Positions 56,922 through 64,000 of a stretch of DNA of 64,000 bases are shown in pieces (within the stretch, counting starts at the first letter, position 1; every line of letters begins with the position of its first letter). The notes under the pieces were generated by a model. It worked only from the letters and a program-made list of their open reading frames with translations. It was not told the DNA's origin and searched no databases. Source of the stretch: Acidobacteriota bacterium (GTDB taxonomy: Bacteria > Acidobacteriota > UBA6911 > RPQK01 > JAJDTT01); contig OZ253580.1 in the NCBI GenBank assembly GCA_965263035.1, positions 1,152,001 to 1,216,000 on the forward strand, in the 5' to 3' direction. A program made the position numbers and the translations under genes.

Positions 56922-59067
56922 CCAGGTGTTCGCCCCGCTCCAAGCCCTTGAATACCAGCCGGTAGCGTTCCACGGTCCCGTCGGCGATGCCGTCCTCCGG
57001 AAACAGGAGACTCCACCGGCCTCCGTCAACGGCGTATTCCAACTGGTGGATGGCGCTGGCCGCGGTCCGGACTTCAACCTGGAGCCGGGCCTCTGCCCCT
57101 TCGATCTGAGGCGCGCCCCATTCTATGTCGGGGGCGGAGTTGGCCACGACGAAGGGCTTGCTCATCAACTCGCTCTCCAGAGCCTGGTCCGCCGGATTGG
57201 AAGGGGAATCGGAGACGGTGACCCGAACCACATACGTGCCGTCCGGCAAGCTCTTGCCGTCCAGGGTCTGGTAGCGTTCGGCGAGATCCTTTTTCAGTAG
57301 AGTCCATTTGCGGTCACCGGTGGACCGGTAGTGGATGCTGAAAACCAGATCGTCTCCGTTGGGATCCTGAGCACTCCAGGAGAGACTCTGGGCACCGGGC
57401 AGGTACACCCTCCGCGGCGGTGTCTTGACCGTCGGTGAACCCAGACGCCGAATCTCCGAGGGTAAGGAGCGCCGGTGAGCGCCGCCGGGTCCCCCCGGCG
57501 AGACTCCTCCTGCGGGATCGGTGGATGCGTAGCGAACAAAGGCGGCACCTGGGGGATGCACCGTGATCGACGAGAGCAAGGGCGCCAGGTTGTGCTGGAG
57601 ATAACTGACGCTCACCATATCCACGGCGTTGGTCTGAGAGACCACGGCCTCGGACCTGCTCTCGGCAGGAAACTCCAGCTTCCATTGAAGATAGCGAGTG
57701 GGAGGACTCTCGATGCGGGTCCCGCCCGAGTCGGAATATGCCGGACTCCACTTGCCCCAGGTGTCGTCCGGGATATCGGTGTTCCCGGTCCGGACAGACG
57801 CCTTCACCGCCGGTTCGACACGGTCGATCACCTCCCATTCGATGTTTCCCCAGGAGGCGACCATTCCGGCGTCGAAGACCCTGGACTCATAGACGCCCTG
57901 CTTGGAGGGCTTGGTCTTCAACTCGAAGCCCTTCCCCAGATTGCTGGTGGCGGCAAAGAGTCTCCCGCGGCGTTCCAACAGACGTGTGACCTGTTCCTCT
58001 CCCGACTCGACCAAGAGGGTCACGAATCTTCGGGGGCTGACGGAAATAATCCGGCCTTTGTCTCCGGTGGCCACGAGCAGATTGCCATCGTTGCGGATCA
58101 GAAGATCGAATGCCAAGGCACGGTCGGAGCTGTAAAGGATTTCCACGCCGCCGCTACGGCCGATCCGGTAGATCTCCAACCTCTTTCCCGAACTGGTCCC
58201 GGATACCCGAACGGTGCGGCTCGAATTTGTGGACGGAGCCGAAGTGGTCACGGTCTTGGCGGTAGTCTTGGCCGTGCTCTCCGACTTCCGGGAGGCAGCT
58301 TGCGCGCCCCCTGACAAGGCTGCCGCAAATATGGTTCCGTACCGATCGACGGCGATCGACCTGACCTCTTCCAAGGGCGAGTCGTGGACCACGGTGGCCC
58401 CGCCTTCCGAGGACAGGCGCAGGATCAAGGCCCGCGCAGACGTCCCGGCGAGGATATTGCCGTCCAGGTCCCAGGCCAGGCTCACGATGTGGGTGGCCGG
58501 ACTGTCGTAGAACTGCCGCCCTTCCCCGTCGGGGCCGACCTTGTAGACGACGCCTCTGGAACCGGTGCCCACGAAGACATTGTCCCGCCGGTCGATGGCC
58601 AGCGACCAGATGTACTTCTGGTCGGGGTCGAAGAAGACCTCGGCCTTTCCCGTCAAATCCAGCCGGTAGACGTTGCCGTCGGGAGCGGTGCCGGCGTAGA
58701 CCCGCCCCGACGAATCGACCGCCATGGCGTAGACCCCCGGCTCGTCCAACTTGGCCCACTCCTTGGATTCCCCGTTGGCGGCGATCCGAAAGATCTTGCC
58801 GTCGTTGCCGGTCCCGAGATAGAAGTTGCCAAAACCGTCGACGACGGCGGAGTAGACGAACGGCTCCTCGGTGTCCAGCAAAGGCTCCAGAGCGGGGGCG
58901 ATGATGAGCCGGGCGTCGCTGGTGACGGAGACTCCCCGCAGCTTCCCCTTCAGGAATTCGTCTCGAGTTGCCGACACCCATTTGCGCGGTTGAGTGGCCA
59001 ATAGAGAGCCGCCCCATGAGAGGAGGCACAGGAGCGGCAAAAGCCGTTTGAGAAGACGGAAATTCAT
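56854..59067 (-). CDS. Exported beta-propeller protein with C-terminal Ig/Fn3-like domains
   Basis: Signal peptide; repeated 'AVDSSGRVYAGTAPDGNVYRL'-type blades; RTGNTDIPDDTWGKWS; LPDGTYVVRVTVSDSPSNP. Confidence 0.8.
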   Translation of the reverse strand: MNFRLLKRLLPLLCLLSWGGSLLATQPRKWVSATRDEFLKGKLRGVSVTSDARLIIAPALEPLLDTEEPFVYSAVVDGFGNFYLGTGNDGKIFRIAANGESKEWAKLDEPGVYAMAVDSSGRVYAGTAPDGNVYRLDLTGKAEVFFDPDQKYIWSLAIDRRDNVFVGTGSRGVVYKVGPDGEGRQFYDSPATHIVSLAWDLDGNILAGTSARALILRLSSEGGATVVHDSPLEEVRSIAVDRYGTIFAAALSGGAQAASRKSESTAKTTAKTVTTSAPSTNSSRTVRVSGTSSGKRLEIYRIGRSGGVEILYSSDRALAFDLLIRNDGNLLVATGDKGRIISVSPRRFVTLLVESGEEQVTRLLERRGRLFAATSNLGKGFELKTKPSKQGVYESRVFDAGMVASWGNIEWEVIDRVEPAVKASVRTGNTDIPDDTWGKWSPAYSDSGGTRIESPPTRYLQWKLEFPAESRSEAVVSQTNAVDMVSVSYLQHNLAPLLSSITVHPPGAAFVRYASTDPAGGVSPGGPGGAHRRSLPSEIRRLGSPTVKTPPRRVYLPGAQSLSWSAQDPNGDDLVFSIHYRSTGDRKWTLLKKDLAERYQTLDGKSLPDGTYVVRVTVSDSPSNPADQALESELMSKPFVVANSAPDIEWGAPQIEGAEARLQVEVRTAASAIHQLEYAVDGGRWSLLFPEDGIADGTVERYRLVFKGLERGEHLVTVRVVDSVGNLGSGRLKLSIP

Positions 59068-59090
59068 GGGAGACTCACGGGAAATGCGGG

Positions 59091-59207
59091 CTAGGAGGCT
59101 GTCCGAGAATAGACTATTTTAAAAAAGTCTTGTTTGTAAACTATTGATTTATAAAGGGTTAAGTTTTAAAAAACTATGATTTTTCGAGTTCTCGGACAGC
59201 CTCCTAG
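59091..59207. mobile_element. MITE family C (117 bp, AT-rich core)
   Basis: Perfect 19-bp TIR including CTAG: CTAGGAGGCTGTCCGAGAA / TTCTCGGACAGCCTCCTAG. Confidence 0.88.
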
Positions 59208-59212
59208 GGCTC

Positions 59213-61090
59213 CTAGGGCTTGACCTCCACCTGGATGACACGCTGACCCTGGAGGACGTATTCGGTCGCTGTCAGCTCATGCTCCACGTAGACGGCCCGA
59301 TCCACGGCCCGCACGTCTCCTGAAGTCTTCCGAGAGGTATAGAGAGCCAGGAAGGAGGGCGGCAGATCGGAGAGTCGTTCCCCATCCACGACGGTGCTGG
59401 GGCGGTCTCGGAACAACCGGACATAAAGCCGGTCGTTCTTCTTCAGGTTGTTGATGGCCCTCACCAGTTGGCGCACGTTCTCGGGTATGAATCGGCCCTG
59501 GTTCGACTCCGCGTCCGACTTGGCCAGAGACAGGCCGTCGCCGATCATGATCTTGAGCGGACCGGGAAGAATGTCTTCGGGAATCTTCACGGGAAACTTC
59601 TCGACCATGGTTTCTCCATTGAACTTTCTGAGAAAGACCGTCAGGTTGACTTCTTCGCCGGGCCGGGCCTCCAGTTTATCCTGCCAGACCTTCTCCAGAG
59701 TCGCCTCCCAGATCTGCTCCACCGCCTCGATCTCGATGCCGACGCGCTCCACTTCCAACTGCTCGAAACCGCTGTTGAGCAGCAAATGGGCCGGTGCCGC
59801 CGCCGCCACCGCCGCGGCGACGGGGTTGTTGGAGGGACGCGCGATGTTGTTCTCGAACACCACCTCGGGATGCTCTGCGATGCTGACGGTGCTCTTGATC
59901 CGCAACGTCTGGTTACCGAGCGCCTTCTCCGACGAGATCAGGCTGCTGTAGACCGAAAAGGTGAGTACGAAGGGGGTCAGAAAGCTGTCCCGGATGGTCT
60001 CGAAGACGTATTCGCGATCCTCGTTCCGGCTGGTCCTGACCTTGAGATGAACCGGAATCAGACGAGCCTCGCTCCCGCTCATCCCCATGATGCCGGTGGC
60101 TCTGTCCTGCTTCACGGCCCCCACCATCCGGGTGGCCGCCGCCACTTTGTGGCTGGTATTCAGTTGCGGAATGATCGTCAGAACGGCGGCCTGATTCATG
60201 GGCATGTCGGTGTAGCCCAGATTCAAGAAGGGATGGCCGAATGCGTAAATCTTGTTCCCGCTGATATGAGTGACGGTCCCGCTGGCGCTGAGGCTGACGT
60301 CGCCCCGAGCCAACTCGACGCTGATGCTGGAACCCGGTTCCAGTGGAGCCTGGGAAAAGTGGCTGGTCTCGGCGCCGCCGGCGCCTTGCACCGGTACCAG
60401 GCCCAAGCGGCGAAACGTCTCCCGGAAGTATTCCACCGCCGGGGCCGAGAATCCGGATGTATTGACAGGGGTGGCGATGCGGGTCAGGCGAAAAGGAGAG
60501 ACGCTGGCCAGGCCTGGCAGTTGGGCCTCGAACCCAAGGGGCGCGAACGGCGGCAGGTAGTCGGGAAGCTTCAGTTGCGCGGACTCCAGCAGAATGTCGG
60601 TCCGGGGTCGTTCGGGCGCGGGGGGCGCCCGAAGTCGATGGATCTCCTTGAAGACATCGAGGGTTTCCTGAATCGGAGTCACTCCCGCAATAGGCTCCTT
60701 GGCAAAGGGAAAGGAATAGGCGATGGCGCCGACCAACTTCTCTTCGATGTAGACCGGGCTGCCGCTCATTCCGGCAAACACACCGGTCCGATCCAACTGG
60801 CTTCCCGAGACCCGCACCAGAATCAGGTTCCTTCGGGGCTCGAACTTTTCCAGGACTCCCAGAATCTCGACGTCGAACTTCTCGACTCCGTTACCGTGGA
60901 AAACGGTCTTTCCGTATCCCTTCTGGCCCGGTCTGACCTTCTCCAGAGGATAGAGTTGGATGGGTTGGGCGACGGTGGAACCGGCCAGGAGAATTCCAGC
61001 CAGGAGGCTCTTCAGGATGGCCGCGCGGCCCCTTCCTCCGAATGATCCTTCCATCCCCATGGTCACGTCGAAACCGAGAGGCAGAGCCAA
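59213..61090 (-). CDS. SpoIVB peptidase S55 domain protein
   Basis: GYGKTVFHG, GVFAGMSGSPVY, GTVTH..IYAFGHPF, QDRATGI. The start may be ATG at ~61060. Confidence 0.88.
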   Translation of the reverse strand: MALPLGFDVTMGMEGSFGGRGRAAILKSLLAGILLAGSTVAQPIQLYPLEKVRPGQKGYGKTVFHGNGVEKFDVEILGVLEKFEPRRNLILVRVSGSQLDRTGVFAGMSGSPVYIEEKLVGAIAYSFPFAKEPIAGVTPIQETLDVFKEIHRLRAPPAPERPRTDILLESAQLKLPDYLPPFAPLGFEAQLPGLASVSPFRLTRIATPVNTSGFSAPAVEYFRETFRRLGLVPVQGAGGAETSHFSQAPLEPGSSISVELARGDVSLSASGTVTHISGNKIYAFGHPFLNLGYTDMPMNQAAVLTIIPQLNTSHKVAAATRMVGAVKQDRATGIMGMSGSEARLIPVHLKVRTSRNEDREYVFETIRDSFLTPFVLTFSVYSSLISSEKALGNQTLRIKSTVSIAEHPEVVFENNIARPSNNPVAAAVAAAAPAHLLLNSGFEQLEVERVGIEIEAVEQIWEATLEKVWQDKLEARPGEEVNLTVFLRKFNGETMVEKFPVKIPEDILPGPLKIMIGDGLSLAKSDAESNQGRFIPENVRQLVRAINNLKKNDRLYVRLFRDRPSTVVDGERLSDLPPSFLALYTSRKTSGDVRAVDRAVYVEHELTATEYVLQGQRVIQVEVKP

Positions 61091-61160
61091 ATACGGGTGG
61101 ACGCCAGGAATACCCGCTTGTCAGGGTCGGCGGTCATCATAGCATAGGTTGGGAGGGGTC

Positions 61161-64000
61161 ATGCCGCGTCTGGAATCGCTGGAAATACTGGGATTCAAGT
61201 CATTCGCCAACCGGACCCGGGTGCCGTTCGAAGATGGGATCACCATCGTCGTCGGACCCAACGGCTGCGGCAAGTCCAATCTGACCGATGCCCTCTCCTG
61301 GGTTCTGGGATTGGTCGGCGCCCACCGCCTGCGGGGCCGGAGGATGGACGATTTCATCTTCAACGGGACCAGCAAGCGGCGGCCGTCGGGAATGATGGAG
61401 GCCACTCTCACCCTCTCCCGGGAAGACGAGACGAGTATAGCCTTCAACGGTCTCGAGGCGGACGGACCCTCCGTGTCCATAACGCGCAGGCTCTACAGGT
61501 CCGGGGACAGCGCCTATTCCGTCAATGGAAACCGCTGCCGATTGAAAGACGTCGAGGCTCTGCTGGAGCGATTGGGCCTGGGGCTCGGCTCCTATGCTCT
61601 GATCCGCCAGGGCCGGGTGGAGAGTTTTCTCAACTCCGGATCTCTGGATCGCCGCGCCATCATCGAGGAAGCCGCTGGAATCGGCGGGTACAAGGCCCGT
61701 CGCCGGAACGCCGAACTCAAGCTGGAAATGGCTCGCCAGAACCTGCTCCGCATCGACGACATCCTGAGCGAGGTGGAGCGCCAGCTCCGGTCCCTCAAAC
61801 GGCAGGCGGCCAAGGCCCGGCGGCACAAGGAGTTGAAGGAGGAGTTCCGGGATGTCCAGCAGCGGCGCTTCGGCTTGGAGGCACATGGGATCGTCGTCAG
61901 CCTGGCCGAAGTGGAAGCGGCGCAGGCGCGCCTGGGACCGGCACTGACCGAGGCGACCGCTGACATCCGGAATCGGGAACGGACTCTCCAAGAGATTTCG
62001 GAACGAATGGAGGATCTGGAAGACAGGCTCTCGGAGCTGAGAGAGAAAAGTACCGTCGCTCGAGTGGAACTGGACCGGACTCGGAATTCGATCCGCTTTT
62101 GCGGCCAGCAGATCCAATCGACGCGACGGCTTCTGGACACACACGGCCGGAACCGCCACGAACTGCTCAAGTCGCTGGAAACGGTGCAGTCGGAGCATCG
62201 GATTCTCCGGGCGGAAGATGCGAGTTTGAAAGCAGAACGGCCGCTCGTCGGCAGCCACCTCACCCTTCACACCCAGGTCGCGGACGAGTGCAAGGCTCAG
62301 CTGGAGGCCGCGGAGCAGAGAGTCGAGCATCTCCGAGCCCGCAATCTGGAACTCTCGGCCGAGCTGACCCAACTGCGGAATGCCAGAGACCGGGCATTCC
62401 AGCGCGTGGAATCGATCAAGACCCAACGGTCCCGGCTGGAGCGGGAACGTGGCGGGCACGAACCGGGAATGGAGCAGGCTCGGAATCGGCTTCAGAAGCG
62501 GCAGCAGACCGGCTCCCGCCGCCGCGAAGAGGCGGGTGCAGTCCGGGGCCGGCTGGAGACCAGCGAGGTAGAGCGCCGGAAGCTGGAGAGAGAGCTGGCG
62601 CAAGTTCGGGGTGAACTGGCTGAGGCCCGGGAAGGGTGGATCGCCGGGCGAGGACGGCTTCAATCCCTGGAAGAATTGGAAATCAGCCACTCCCTTTACA
62701 GCGAGGGAGTGGCCAAAGCCCTCCACCATCTCCGCAACAGTTCGGTGCCCGTGTACGGAACGCTCGCCGATTTTGCCCGAATCAGCCCCGAATTCGAACG
62801 CTTGGTGGAGCAGTTCCTGCAGCCGGAACTGGAGTTCGTTCTGGTGGATTCCTTGCAGCAGGCGGTGGGGGGAGTCTCCGAACTCAAAGCGTTGGACGGT
62901 GGAAGATGCACCTTCTTGAGCCTGAAGGCCAACGGGTTTTCGGCGCCGGCCCGGAACGGCGGAAAGCAACTGGCAGCCGAGAAGGGGGTGGTGGGAACCC
63001 TTGGGGATCTCCTGACCCTGGAACCTCCGGTCCGAAAGGCGTTTCGCCGGGTCCTCCCGGAGCGGGCGGATGCGGTCGTGGTGTCCGATCTGGACCGCGC
63101 CTTTGCGTTGTCTCACCGCTATCCGTCGAGAACCTTTCTCACCATCCACGGCGAGGCCCTCGCGCCGGGTGGGCTCCTTTCGGTGAGCCGGGCCGGACGA
63201 ACCGGGGGCGGCCTGCTCTCCTTTCGTCGAGAGAAGGCCGAACTGGAGAAGAAGCTGGCCCGGGCGAAGGCCCAGGTGAGCCGTCTGACCCGGCGCGAAG
63301 AGGAACTGCGGGATCACATCCGGGAGACCTCGAGCGCGGCCCGCAAGTTCCAACAGACGCTTCATCAGACGGAGAAGGATGTCCTGCAACTGGAGTTGCA
63401 GGAGGAACAGGCCCGGCGCGATCTGGAGCATCATCGTCGAGCCTTGGAAGTCTTGGCGTTCGAGGAAACTCAACTCCGAGAAGAGGAATCGAGCGAGCAC
63501 GATGGCGCGCAAGCGGCGTCCAGGAGCCTGACCGGGAAGGAGGATCGGGCTCGACAGATTGAGGCCGAATTGGGTGAAGCGACCGAGTTGTTGACTCAGG
63601 CGAGGAGCCAGTTCTCCGAATCCCGGGAACAGCTGCATCGCACTGCCGCCGAAGAAAGGGTGATCGAGGAGAAGGCAAGATCCGTCGAGGACTCGCTGTC
63701 CAGATCGGAAGGCCGGCTGCAGTCGCTGGAGTTACGGCTTAAGCAGACGGAGACACAGAAAGCGGAAGGCGAGGCGCTACTGAAGACACTGACCCTGGAA
63801 CTGGAGAACCTGGAGCAAACCTTCGAGACGTGTCAAGCGGAGGCCGTTCGGCTGTCCAGTGCCGAGGCGAACGACCGGCAGGAGTATGAGGAGTACCGGA
63901 GCGACCGGCGAAGTCTCGACACCCGGCTTCAGGAACTGCGACAGGAACAGCAGCAGTTGCAGGAGGAGAGTTCCGAAAAGGAGGTCCAGAGGGCCCGATT
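61161..64000 (+). CDS. smc: Chromosome segregation protein SMC, partial (continues past the window end)
   Basis: MPRLESLEILGFKSFA...VVGPNGCGKSNLTDA, DFIFNGT, ITRRLYRSGDS, IRQGRV, IIEEAAGI, then coiled coil and hinge. Confidence 0.95.
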   Translation, partial: MPRLESLEILGFKSFANRTRVPFEDGITIVVGPNGCGKSNLTDALSWVLGLVGAHRLRGRRMDDFIFNGTSKRRPSGMMEATLTLSREDETSIAFNGLEADGPSVSITRRLYRSGDSAYSVNGNRCRLKDVEALLERLGLGLGSYALIRQGRVESFLNSGSLDRRAIIEEAAGIGGYKARRRNAELKLEMARQNLLRIDDILSEVERQLRSLKRQAAKARRHKELKEEFRDVQQRRFGLEAHGIVVSLAEVEAAQARLGPALTEATADIRNRERTLQEISERMEDLEDRLSELREKSTVARVELDRTRNSIRFCGQQIQSTRRLLDTHGRNRHELLKSLETVQSEHRILRAEDASLKAERPLVGSHLTLHTQVADECKAQLEAAEQRVEHLRARNLELSAELTQLRNARDRAFQRVESIKTQRSRLERERGGHEPGMEQARNRLQKRQQTGSRRREEAGAVRGRLETSEVERRKLERELAQVRGELAEAREGWIAGRGRLQSLEELEISHSLYSEGVAKALHHLRNSSVPVYGTLADFARISPEFERLVEQFLQPELEFVLVDSLQQAVGGVSELKALDGGRCTFLSLKANGFSAPARNGGKQLAAEKGVVGTLGDLLTLEPPVRKAFRRVLPERADAVVVSDLDRAFALSHRYPSRTFLTIHGEALAPGGLLSVSRAGRTGGGLLSFRREKAELEKKLARAKAQVSRLTRREEELRDHIRETSSAARKFQQTLHQTEKDVLQLELQEEQARRDLEHHRRALEVLAFEETQLREEESSEHDGAQAASRSLTGKEDRARQIEAELGEATELLTQARSQFSESREQLHRTAAEERVIEEKARSVEDSLSRSEGRLQSLELRLKQTETQKAEGEALLKTLTLELENLEQTFETCQAEAVRLSSAEANDRQEYEEYRSDRRSLDTRLQELRQEQQQLQEESSEKEVQRAR

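Noticed and set aside
61200-63638. 812-aa minus-strand ORF
   Set aside because: Antisense shadow of smc with no recognisable motifs.
1-64000. CRISPR array, rRNA, integrase, prophage or reverse transcriptase
   Set aside because: No regularly spaced repeats or diagnostic motifs were seen by eye.

Overview
High-GC bacterial chromosome segment. The gene content suggests Acidobacteriota (inference). It holds about 45 genes, from a partial GT9 glycosyltransferase at the left edge to a partial smc at the right edge. No rRNA, intact tRNA or CRISPR array was seen. Main points: (1) a PsrA-like TetR/OMF/MFP/RND efflux operon is split by a ~9.2-kb insert (~4805-14005), bounded by a decayed ~270-bp direct repeat of the MFP-RND junction and by an IS3 scar. 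(2) The insert carries a Neverland/KshA-type Rieske oxygenase, a second MFP (nonsense-broken) plus RND pair, and a GPP34/GOLPH3-domain cytochrome P450 fusion with an atypical I-helix. This is the best candidate for an undescribed lipid/sterol modification and export system. (3) A tetraether-synthase (Tes/GDGT-MAS)-like radical SAM gene lies divergent from nfuA. (4) Four CTAG/TA-flanked MITEs are present; two divergent ~167-bp families share one nested hairpin architecture. (5) An FMN-binding/membrane protein/ApbE flavinylation operon has a Fur-like box over its promoter. (6) There is a lone SBD-HNH restriction nuclease, a Phd-VapC TA pair and several decayed genes. All calls are by-eye motif recognition; no database searches were run.
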